DNA of 64,000 nt from positions 224,001 through 288,000 of the forward strand of contig CAWFQL010000012.1 of assembly GCA_963817915.1 (NCBI GenBank). The letters are read 5' to 3'. The notes below the pieces were generated by a model. It was not told the DNA's origin and did no database searches. It worked only from the letters and a program-made list of their open reading frames with translations. A program made the translations under genes and the position numbers. Positions 54,904-64,000 of the stretch are shown here, in pieces (the stretch's first letter is position 1; the number at the start of each line of letters is the position of its first letter). Source of the stretch: an uncultured candidate division Zixibacteria bacterium (GTDB lineage Bacteria > Zixibacteria > MSB-5A5 > UBA10806).

Positions 54904-57900
54904 TTGAAGCTCAAAATCTTGGCTTCATGCGCCATCGCGCTGCTTTACTTTGGCGTTCCGGCATATGCTCAAAGCGATTGGAGTGCTACTGTATTCATGC
55001 AGCCCTATCCCTCGCCCTACGTCAGCGATTGGGAATCCAATCCTAATTTGGGCTATTTAACCGTTTACAATAATACGGGTAGCGAACAAAGCATCAGATT
55101 GTTTTTGCGTTTGCTGCGAAACCGCGAACAAACGATTATCTCTGCCACTAGCACCCCGATCCTTATTCCCTCGAGCCCACCAGCCACTATTCTGGATAAC
55201 ACCAGTTTCTCCGATTATGAAAATGCGGATTATGATGAAGGCCTTCGGAGCGATATAGCCATGACCGGTCGTCTGCCCGAGGGTCAATATCAGGCCTGTC
55301 TGAGATTGGAAAATCTGGAAGGTGCGGTCCTGGTTGATAACATCTGTACCGAGTTCTACATTGTATACCCCGATCCTCCGGGTTTAATCTATCCTTCAAA
55401 TGGTGAAATAGTTGTCTCCGATTATCCTCTTTTCCAGTGGACGCCGCTGCAGGTTCCGGTGCAGTTTCAGATTGTGTACAATTTGAGAATTGCTGAGATC
55501 CTTCAAGGCCAAACCCCGCAACAGGCCATCGAGGCCAATATCCCTCAATTAGAAACTTTTGAGATTACAGCTCCAAATTATTTATATCCGCTTGATGCTT
55601 TGCCATTGGAACAGGGCAAAACTTACGTCTGGCAGGTTCAGGCTCTCGATCAATACGGATATCCGCCATCTGAAAATCAGGGTAGAAGCGAGATATGGGG
55701 CTTTGCATTTGGCGATACTACGCCTCCGATCCCACCGGGGCCGGTATACCGCACCATCTCCGGGCGGCTGCTCGATTCCGGAACGTCCCAACCGCTTTCT
55801 CAAAGTCAGATCGTCTTGCGTCTTGTTGAATCTCAGAGCGGGCCCAATGGTGATGAGTATATCGATTTACCCGAATCTCTAACGACCATTTCAAATAACG
55901 AGGGTTTTTTCAGTTTCGATGATGTCCGCGATGGTACTTACTTTAAAATTTGTGCTCAACCGACCGGCTATCTTGCGGCCTGCCGTATCGGCCTCGATCA
56001 GTACGGCCATGGCGATATCGCAAATTTTGATATTCTCGTTGGTGAAAACTACGCGGATATAAACGGACACTTGGTAGATATGTACTCAAATCTTCCGGTC
56101 TCGAATATAATAGTTCAGTTGTGGCAGATTGGCACTGTTCTGGTTCCCGATACCAGCGGAGGCGAGCCATCACAGGAGAATGTGAACAGGCAAATTACTT
56201 CGGCGCGCTCCGATAGCCTTGGCGTATTCAGCATGACTCATATTCCCGGAGGGGATAATTACTATATTATTATAAACGATCCTCAATACGATAGTCTGCA
56301 ATCCAGTCAATTCACAATTTATGGCGGCCCCCTCCAGGATCTGGGATCGTACGCCATAAGACTTAAGGTTGGTGGAATTACCGGAACCGTGAGGATTGCC
56401 GGTACTGATTCGCTTATCTCGATGGCCCGGGTTTTTGTTTATGCCGATACTGGCTTTGCGTTCCCCGACGACCCTGAGGATTTCAATCAGCCGCCGTTCG
56501 AGGCTTTGCCGCTTTATGGCCCCGATACAACCGATCAATTCGGCGCGTTCACATTTGTTGATATTCCCCTGAACAATTTCGATCAAATTACCAGCCGCTA
56601 TGCAGTCTTTGTCCAGGCGCAGGGATTCAATAGCACACTTTTACCGGCCAGGATCACATCCGATAGCCCTCGTCTTAATTTTGACGTGGAGCTTTCTCAC
56701 GCGCAGGCGATTATTTACGGTACAGTCATCAGCGCGCTTGATGGTATCCCCGTCGGTGATGCCGAAGTGCGGTTGGTATCGCAACGCTCTGATGCAGTAG
56801 CACCTGACCCGTCCCGTATTCTGGAAGATCCTATCGCCTACACAAATCCCGATGGAGGATATGTTTTAGGCGATATCCCTCCCGCAATTTATTCATCCTT
56901 GATCATTTATAAATCTGGCTATGATGCATATGAAGCAGCAGGTCCAATTACCGTTGTTGCCGGGCAGTCAATTAGAATTGATGCTACACTTGATCGCCCC
57001 AGTGGATTTGTTCAGGGAACCGTTAGTGATGATCAGCAGGCACCACTTTTCGGTGTCATCATCACCTCGCCGGATGCTCCGAATATATCCGAGGTCAGTC
57101 AGGCAGACGGCTCGTATTATATTGCGGGAATGCCTTCGGGATCCGTACGTCTCGAATTCCACAATCCTGGTTATGCCGACACGACCCACAACCTGGAAGT
57201 CGCTGCCCAAGAGACGACCATAGTAAATATGGTCATGTCATCTTACAAGGGAAGCATTACATTTATTGTTAGAGACTCTACTACTGGCAATCCAGTACCC
57301 AATATTACAGTTAAAATTACAGGACAGGAAGATCAGCAAACAGATCCGGCCGGTACGGTTTCGTATAACGGCTTGCCAGTCGGCCCAACCAGGGTCGAAT
57401 TCGCTCCGCCCTCAGGAGAAAATGATTCAATAGATTACTGTGGCCATTCCACTAATGTTGAAATTGCCAATGGCCCCAATCTGCCCGTTACGATTGCCCT
57501 GACTCGTGGCGGCCGCATTTCGGGGTTTGTCCGAACATCGGCTGGCAGTCCTATTCAGGCTGCGTCAGTTGAAATCGAGGGAAACAGCTTTATCAATAAT
57601 CTGACAACTGAGGCGGGACGCTTCGTATTGCGTCACGTTCCCGCTGGAAACAATATTGTTCTGACGGCTTCCAAAGTCGGCTATAGAACCGGCCGACTTG
57701 AAAATATTAATCTGGCCGTTGGACAGCAGCTTGATTCACTAATCATCCGATTGGAAGATTCGCCCATCGATTCTGTCTTCGGCTTTGCCATAGAGGTCGA
57801 CTCCATTGCCGATCTCGGGGGCGGAAATAAGAGAGTCATAGGGGCGATCGTCAGGGTCCCGACTACTCCGGTTCTGCGTCTGGCTGACAACAATTTCCGA

Positions 57901-60033
57901 TTCTATTTCAACGATCTCCAAGTCGATTCCCGATACGCACCGCTGTCATCGAGGTTTGCGCTTTCAGTCACTCAAGTGCCAGTAAAAGTCTTCAGCAGAC
58001 TCGAGGCAACCCTCTGCGATACCAGCGGCGGATATCTTTATGCTCAAATGGTAGATTCGCTGCATGTCGGCGAAATTCGCGGCGACCTGGTTATGGAAAA
58101 TGCCATTCCACGGTGGATTCCAGGCTCCGCCTGGGCAACGGAAAAGATCGAGCGTAATCTTGCCCCGGCCTTTTGGGCTGATGGTGTTTATCACGGCGCC
58201 GAGGGGGCAAACTATGGCCTTACGGTCAACGGCAATAGCGTCAGTGCCACGTTCTGGGGTTTCAGCATCTCGGTCGATTACGCCCGCACGACCATAGACT
58301 CTGCGGGCTTCCATTACTACGGAGCGTTGCGATTCCCAAGATTAACCAGAGAGATCGGCATTGAGGATCTTAACATCAAGAAAAACGAATCGACCGGAAG
58401 GCTGGAATTTGTGGGAGTGGGTGTTAAAACAACCCCACCAATAGAAATTGCCATCGGCTCCTTCCGCGTTATCGATAGCATTGCCGCCTGGAATGCTTCC
58501 GGCTTCCGCGCTGACGGCGCGATTGTAGTCGGGGCGCTTGGGCGAACATTCGGCTTCAACAATCTGCGCATTTCGCCCGAGGGTGACTTCTTAAGTCTGA
58601 TCGTCACAGCCGATAGCGCTTCCGGAACCATCAATGTTCTCTCGTCGCAGTTTAGAATAGAATCTCTCGAATTTGGAACCGATGAGGCCACTCGAGTGCG
58701 ATACTTCCAGTTTTCGGGCGGCTTAACTATCCCCCGTATCAGTCAGCCTGTTCTATTCCGCAATTTGAAATATACCGAGGAAAACGAGTTTTCCGGAGTC
58801 ATTCAGTTCAACCAAAGTAAGACCTTCGCCAGCATTCTCACAGTCCAGCTTCAATCAATCGAATTCAATCGCGATGATCGAGGCCGTTTCATCTTTGTGA
58901 GAGGCAACGTGGCATTTGATATTCCAACTCTGCATGTTCAGGCTGGCAACTTTCGTTTCTATGAAGACGGCACATTCAATCTTGAGCAAATAAGTATCAG
59001 CTTTAACGCCGGGCCGGTTTTAGTGGCTGTCGAGGCCTCATGGTCAGATGACAAGTTCGAGGGCAGCGGTACCCTGGTGGTTCAGCCAGTCTTGAACGCC
59101 GCCTGTCAGTTCCGTTACGCCGGAACCTCCGATTGGTGGATCAAGGTCAGAGCTGGTATAAATATTCCGATCGGCACCTTCACTATTGTAGAAGTGTCCG
59201 GTGAGGTTGGTTATCAGGAAGGGACCTGGATATTCGGTTTGGGAGGCGGCGTCACAGTCGGGCAGCTTGAGAAGGCAGTACGCCTTAATGCATATCTCCG
59301 GGTAATGAGAACGCCTGATGGGCCGATAATCAACGGCAACGCTCAAGTGATTGCCTTCTCCGGAATGCAGCTTGGTGAGGCCACCATCAATCTCGATTTC
59401 GCCCATGATCGATTCACTGGCAATATCCTATTCGGGTTCAACAGATCCGGCGTCGAGGTTTCCGCGCAGATTAATGTTGATGTACAATCGGGGCAATACT
59501 GGTATGTCGGAGGAGGCGCTTCGTTGAATTTCTTCCGACTTGCGCAACTCAATTCCACGCTTTGCGCCGCCAACAATTACAATGGTTGGATGCACACATT
59601 CCCCGTCACTTACCATCCCGACAACCAAACCATCAATGGATTCCATGCTGATCTTAACTATCATACCGGAGCCAGCGGCTATCGTTGGAGCATGAGCATT
59701 GATACCTGGGCTTATCTTATGGTTAACTGGAACGGCGACCTCGCCGCCGGAGCCAAATTCACTTTCGATTGCTATGCAGACCTCTGGATTATCGGCGGAT
59801 CGGCCACCGTAAACATGGAAGTGGCTATTCAGAATGTGCAGAATTGCCTAAGCGCCTATGGCAGCGCCAGCGCCACTTTGAAGCTCTGGATCGGTTGCTG
59901 TAATCGCAATAGCGGATGTTGGAGTGTCTGCTGGGCTTGGATATTCCCCTGTGGCGGCTCCGCTTGTTTTAATATTTCTCTGGCGGCCAACTACAACTGC
60001 AATTCAGGTTGGGATTACAACCTCACTTGGTAA
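54904..60033 (+). CDS. 1709-aa secreted protein: TANFOR-like N-terminus, tandem carboxypeptidase-regulatory-like repeats, beta-rich C-terminal region
   Basis: AGGAGG RBS + TTG, signal peptide AYA-Q, LPEGQYQAC..PPGLIYP..FQWTP..GKTYVWQVQA..SEIW, repeated I.G.V.D....P...A.V....T...G.F. Confidence 0.8.
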   Translation: MKLKILASCAIALLYFGVPAYAQSDWSATVFMQPYPSPYVSDWESNPNLGYLTVYNNTGSEQSIRLFLRLLRNREQTIISATSTPILIPSSPPATILDNTSFSDYENADYDEGLRSDIAMTGRLPEGQYQACLRLENLEGAVLVDNICTEFYIVYPDPPGLIYPSNGEIVVSDYPLFQWTPLQVPVQFQIVYNLRIAEILQGQTPQQAIEANIPQLETFEITAPNYLYPLDALPLEQGKTYVWQVQALDQYGYPPSENQGRSEIWGFAFGDTTPPIPPGPVYRTISGRLLDSGTSQPLSQSQIVLRLVESQSGPNGDEYIDLPESLTTISNNEGFFSFDDVRDGTYFKICAQPTGYLAACRIGLDQYGHGDIANFDILVGENYADINGHLVDMYSNLPVSNIIVQLWQIGTVLVPDTSGGEPSQENVNRQITSARSDSLGVFSMTHIPGGDNYYIIINDPQYDSLQSSQFTIYGGPLQDLGSYAIRLKVGGITGTVRIAGTDSLISMARVFVYADTGFAFPDDPEDFNQPPFEALPLYGPDTTDQFGAFTFVDIPLNNFDQITSRYAVFVQAQGFNSTLLPARITSDSPRLNFDVELSHAQAIIYGTVISALDGIPVGDAEVRLVSQRSDAVAPDPSRILEDPIAYTNPDGGYVLGDIPPAIYSSLIIYKSGYDAYEAAGPITVVAGQSIRIDATLDRPSGFVQGTVSDDQQAPLFGVIITSPDAPNISEVSQADGSYYIAGMPSGSVRLEFHNPGYADTTHNLEVAAQETTIVNMVMSSYKGSITFIVRDSTTGNPVPNITVKITGQEDQQTDPAGTVSYNGLPVGPTRVEFAPPSGENDSIDYCGHSTNVEIANGPNLPVTIALTRGGRISGFVRTSAGSPIQAASVEIEGNSFINNLTTEAGRFVLRHVPAGNNIVLTASKVGYRTGRLENINLAVGQQLDSLIIRLEDSPIDSVFGFAIEVDSIADLGGGNKRVIGAIVRVPTTPVLRLADNNFRFYFNDLQVDSRYAPLSSRFALSVTQVPVKVFSRLEATLCDTSGGYLYAQMVDSLHVGEIRGDLVMENAIPRWIPGSAWATEKIERNLAPAFWADGVYHGAEGANYGLTVNGNSVSATFWGFSISVDYARTTIDSAGFHYYGALRFPRLTREIGIEDLNIKKNESTGRLEFVGVGVKTTPPIEIAIGSFRVIDSIAAWNASGFRADGAIVVGALGRTFGFNNLRISPEGDFLSLIVTADSASGTINVLSSQFRIESLEFGTDEATRVRYFQFSGGLTIPRISQPVLFRNLKYTEENEFSGVIQFNQSKTFASILTVQLQSIEFNRDDRGRFIFVRGNVAFDIPTLHVQAGNFRFYEDGTFNLEQISISFNAGPVLVAVEASWSDDKFEGSGTLVVQPVLNAACQFRYAGTSDWWIKVRAGINIPIGTFTIVEVSGEVGYQEGTWIFGLGGGVTVGQLEKAVRLNAYLRVMRTPDGPIINGNAQVIAFSGMQLGEATINLDFAHDRFTGNILFGFNRSGVEVSAQINVDVQSGQYWYVGGGASLNFFRLAQLNSTLCAANNYNGWMHTFPVTYHPDNQTINGFHADLNYHTGASGYRWSMSIDTWAYLMVNWNGDLAAGAKFTFDCYADLWIIGGSATVNMEVAIQNVQNCLSAYGSASATLKLWIGCCNRNSGCWSVCWAWIFPCGGSACFNISLAANYNCNSGWDYNLTW

Positions 60034-60053
60034 ATTTGAGGAATTGGAGATAG

Positions 60054-62093
60054 ATGATGAAAATAATCCAAATGGCATTAATCGGGTTTTGCGTTGTGCT
60101 GTTCGCAAATCCCTGCCGAGCTCAACAGGGTGAATATGGTGTCGCCGCGATATCCGGCCCCGACGGTGTTCGGCTTCTTATCGGCCGTGATATCTTGAGC
60201 CAAAGCAGCGCCTCCCAGACTGGCGGGTGGATCGGCTATAATATTTACAAAAAAGAGTCCGGGAAAAATACATTCAAAAAAATAAATGACCGCCCGGTGG
60301 CCCGAGTTAAGACGTTGGCGGAACTTGAGAGTCGGCTTGGAGAGGAATTAAATCTCCTATTGGGTTTTGTAAAAATTGATAACAAGACAGAATTCTGGCG
60401 AATGATTGAAAATCGAGAGGAAAAAGTTCTGGTTCTTACTATGCTCGATCCGCCTTTACGCGAGGCCCTTGGCCTTTCGTACCTCGATAAAGATGTCAAA
60501 AAAGGAAATAAATATATTTATGCCGTAACCAGGGTCAATACCGAGGGAAAGGAATCACCTTATTCGGACTCCTCCGCTGTTATCTTTGGCAAAGCCCCGT
60601 TTGATTTAAATGGCCCGCTCAACTTCAAGGGGAAAGCATCAGACAATCAGGTTCGTTTGGAGTGGCAGGTAAACCCGGCCGACACCGGAGCCTTTTTCTT
60701 CTCCGTTTACCGCGCTTCGGCGAAGGAAGGACCATTTGAGCGCTTGAACGACAGGCCTATAATGCTCTTCTACTCCAACGAATCAAACGAGCTTCCTACA
60801 GGGGCATTCCTCGATACCACTGTTCAAAACGGACGGGTCTATTACTACGCTGTAGTCTCGATTGATATCGCAGGCAACGAAAGCCCAAAGCGGCCGCTGA
60901 TGCTTTGCCCCAAAGACAACCAGCCCCCCGCCATCCCCCAAGAGGTAATCGCCAAATCATCGGCGATGGGAGTGACGCTTAGTTGGAAGGTGATACCGGA
61001 GCCCGATTTGGCCGGCTTTATAATCTACCGCAGCCAAATACCTGAAAGTCTTTTCACCCGTCTCAACAACGCCCTAAGCCCGCCTGATAGCGGCTATTGG
61101 GAGGATAAATCGGCCGCGCCAAATACTCAGTATTACTACTATATTGTGGCGGTAGATAAATCCGGCAATCTGTCCGAGCCTTCGGCTACCACTTTCAGCC
61201 TTTTCGAAAATCGAAAGCAACCGTTGCCGCCCGAAATCCTTATCGCTGAGGGAACGCCCGAGGGTGTTCGTATCCAATGGCGCCCCAATACCGACCCAGA
61301 TCTTTTTGGTTATTACGTTTTCCGAGGCGATGGCATCGATGATGTTCCTGTTCAGGTTTCGCCATTAATTGGAAAGGATACGACTTTTTATCACGATACG
61401 GATTCCCATCTTTCTCCGAAGGGTACTTACCGTTATCATATAAAAGCTGTAAACTACACTGGTGTTTTGAGTATGCTTTCAGCGCCTATGTTCGCCAAAC
61501 CCGGTATTATTGTCCCTGTCGATCCGCCGCTCTCATTTTACGGCTACCAGGATGTTATAGGCAATCGGCTATTTTGGACACCCACCAGCGACAATACTGC
61601 TGCCGGCTATTCCATCTATCGAACTCTGGCTTCAGATACCTCAACCTGGCAGCTTATCAACTCTTCGCCGCTTCCTTCATCATCTAACAATTTCACCGAC
61701 AGCATCGCCGGGGTCGGCATATCTTATCTCTATCGCATCAAGTCTGTTGATCAAAGAGGCAACGAGGGAAAACCATCGCTTTCAATCTCCCTTTCCAAAT
61801 TCGCGCCGCCGCCGCTGCCGCCGCCCAACGTGACAATAAGCAAAGCCGAAGTTGGCTTAAAAATAGTTTGGGATATATCTCTCGAACCGCGTGTCGCCGG
61901 ATATCGTATCTATCGCCGAAGCGGCATGGAGCCGTCCGTATTGCTTAATCAAGAATTGCTTAAAGTATCAATTGGCGAGTACCGCGATAAGTCTGTAAAG
62001 CCGGGTGCCAGATATTTTTACACGGTTACTTGCGTCGGAGCCGATGGGCGGGAGGGTGCCCACAGTAATGAAGCCACCTATTTTGCCAGGTAA
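60054..62093 (+). CDS. Secreted multi-fibronectin type III protein
   Basis: Signal peptide; about six W...GY.IYR...Y.D......Y.Y...VD..GNES repeats. Confidence 0.88.
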   Translation: MMKIIQMALIGFCVVLFANPCRAQQGEYGVAAISGPDGVRLLIGRDILSQSSASQTGGWIGYNIYKKESGKNTFKKINDRPVARVKTLAELESRLGEELNLLLGFVKIDNKTEFWRMIENREEKVLVLTMLDPPLREALGLSYLDKDVKKGNKYIYAVTRVNTEGKESPYSDSSAVIFGKAPFDLNGPLNFKGKASDNQVRLEWQVNPADTGAFFFSVYRASAKEGPFERLNDRPIMLFYSNESNELPTGAFLDTTVQNGRVYYYAVVSIDIAGNESPKRPLMLCPKDNQPPAIPQEVIAKSSAMGVTLSWKVIPEPDLAGFIIYRSQIPESLFTRLNNALSPPDSGYWEDKSAAPNTQYYYYIVAVDKSGNLSEPSATTFSLFENRKQPLPPEILIAEGTPEGVRIQWRPNTDPDLFGYYVFRGDGIDDVPVQVSPLIGKDTTFYHDTDSHLSPKGTYRYHIKAVNYTGVLSMLSAPMFAKPGIIVPVDPPLSFYGYQDVIGNRLFWTPTSDNTAAGYSIYRTLASDTSTWQLINSSPLPSSSNNFTDSIAGVGISYLYRIKSVDQRGNEGKPSLSISLSKFAPPPLPPPNVTISKAEVGLKIVWDISLEPRVAGYRIYRRSGMEPSVLLNQELLKVSIGEYRDKSVKPGARYFYTVTCVGADGREGAHSNEATYFAR

Positions 62094-62160
62094 TCATTAT
62101 CATTCGATGAGAATTTGCCTGGCTAAATCTCAGGAGCCATTAAATCGAAAAGCTTGACTT

Positions 62161-63874
62161 ATGAAAACTCGAAAAAAATCAAATTGGACAGTAGGCTCAG
62201 CCATCTTGGCAGCAGTGATTCTTTTTTCGTTTCCAGTTGCGGTCTTCCCGCAGGTAACGGACACCTATAGAGAGGCCGGCGGAACCCAGAAAGTCCAGTA
62301 ATTTTATATTTTCGGGGAGCATTGGTGTATACGGCGAGCTTTACGATAAATCAAATGGGCCAAGCCGACGACCTGGCAGCACGTCCAGGCTGTTTTTCCG
62401 TCCTACTTTCTCACTTTTTCGTTCGGTATCAGTCTCGTCAGACATCATCCTATCATCCGATGGAAGCTCCAATCGTCAAAACATTAATCAATTCGATTTC
62501 AATCCCAAATGGAGTTGGGGCAGCGCCCACTTGGGGGATTTCACCGATACCTATTCCTCTCTTACACTCAACGGCATCCGGATAAGGGGTGGAGGGCTGA
62601 CAATCAATCCCAAAAAATTCCGCTTTTCTGCCCTGGGAGGCCAAACTCGGAGGGCTACCTCAAACACGTCCGGCACGCGCAGTTTCTCGCGAAATCTATT
62701 CGGGGGGCGCATTGGAGTCGGCAAGGATGGAGGCTCCCGGATCGATCTCATCATGCTGAAATCTAAAGATAAGGCATCCTCACTTCCACCTTTGGAGGGA
62801 GAATTCGGCGTTGTCGATACAGCCCAAAATCAAAATTTCGCCAACCCCTGGTCGCAATATCCCGAGGAAAACTTTATCACCGCCATCTCGAGCAATTTAC
62901 TGCTTTTCGGCGGCAAAATAAAATGGGGGAACGAGCTTTCCGGAAGTGCATTTACGCGAAACACTGAAGGGGGGAGTATTACCGACGAAAAAATTCCTTC
63001 TTGGACCGAACAGATTTTTAAGATTCACACAGGGTCGAGAGTCGACATTGCATATAAGACCGAGTTTGGCTATTCCAATCAGGTTTGGAATGTCACCAGC
63101 GGTTATGAGTTTATAGGCCCCGGTTATGTTTCGCTAGGACTCTCATCGCTAATGTCCGATCGCCAGGCATTTCGTTTGGGCGGTGCTTTCAGGCAAAAAA
63201 ATTGGTCGATCAACCTGAACGGCGCCCGCGAGAACGACAACCTGCTGAATCAAAAGACTTACACTACTGTTCGCCAGAGATACGGCGGCACCATCAGTTT
63301 CCGGCCTGTTACCTGGTGGAATGTAGTATTCTCCGGAAATTTCCTTAACATGGGTAACAACGCCGCCAACGATACGATGCTTATAGACAATACCAACGTA
63401 GTCGTAGGCCTTAATCAAACTTTCATCCTGAACTACTTGAGAATTCAAACTATCTCTATCAACTATATTAATCAGAGCGCTTCCGATTCCAATCCATTGC
63501 GAATCGATTCACGCCTCCGATCTCAAACATTTGATTTACGATTAACTATTAAAGCCGCTTCCCAAATAACGGTCTCTCCTTCCGTGGGAGTTGTAGCCAG
63601 CCGCATCGGCAGCGCGGGAACCAAGACAACCACGGTCATCGGTGTTAATGCCCAGTGCCGTGCCCTGGCAGATAGACTCACGGCCAGCCTGACAACCGGG
63701 CCATCAATTGCTACAGATATGAGACTCTTCAGGACCACATTGACCTGCGCCTATAAGCTCACAGGTGCCGATCTGATTCAAACCGATTTGAGGCTTAACA
63801 ACTTCAGCAACAAAAATACGACAAACAATTACAACGAGACAATATGGAGTATAAGTCTTACTCATCAATTCTAA
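62161..63874 (+). CDS. Outer-membrane beta-barrel protein, one +1 shift near 62260
   Basis: Signal peptide from ATG 62161; the +1 frame is open from 62258 into the 62531 ORF; amphipathic strands, C-terminal SLTHQF beta-signal. Confidence 0.75.
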
Positions 63875-63922
63875 ATTTCTAGCTTTCCCGATGTCTTTAG
63901 GTTAACATTAAATTTCAATAGC

Positions 63923-63960
63923 GAATCATAAACCTCGTGTCCGGGGTTCGAATCCCTGCG
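63923..63960 (+). other. 3' fragment of a tRNA-Met(CAT)-like gene; candidate att-site scar
   Basis: GAATCATAAACCTCGTGTC-CGGGG-TTCGAAT-CCCTG-CG: anticodon-loop remnant and intact T-arm, no 5' half or acceptor stem. Confidence 0.65.
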
Positions 63961-64000
63961 AAGTTAAAATAATATCAAGACATTCAACGAGTTACAGACA

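Noticed and set aside
63923..63960. Intact tRNA gene
   Set aside because: No D-arm, anticodon stem or acceptor stem partner upstream; kept only as a fragment

Overview
64-kb bacterial chromosomal window, mostly housekeeping genes of a diderm anaerobe-like organism. Cys-flanked dockerin-like tails, a T9SS/FlgD-type tail, LptFG and a TSP3-repeat OmpA suggest an FCB-group lineage such as candidate Zixibacteria (inference only). It holds a tilS-hpt-ftsH-folE-folP-cdaA-obgE-dprA-ptsH-ptsI-pgi/pmi-nucleotidyltransferase run, metK-ahcY, csp, lptFG, yhaM, tgt, a 2-oxoacid dehydrogenase operon with an inserted acyl-CoA thioesterase, lipB, queG, an Rrf2 regulator, engB-purA-tolC, trxA, ompA, mazG and tRNA-Ser(GGA). 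Several essential genes are broken by +1 single-base shifts, most likely assembly errors. Best leads: (1) a ~9.5-kb three-gene surface/secretion module (1709-aa TANFOR-like protein, multi-FN3 protein, outer-membrane barrel) between tRNA-Ser and a tRNA-Met 3' fragment; (2) a perfectly covarying four-way-junction element in two copies; (3) a composite array of REP-like palindromes; (4) gene remnants missed by the ORF track: a dockerin tail before a stand-alone FTP/PepSY propeptide gene, and an RHS-like fragment before a possible orphan immunity gene; (5) several apparently leaderless genes. No CRISPR array, rRNA, transposase or integrase was seen.
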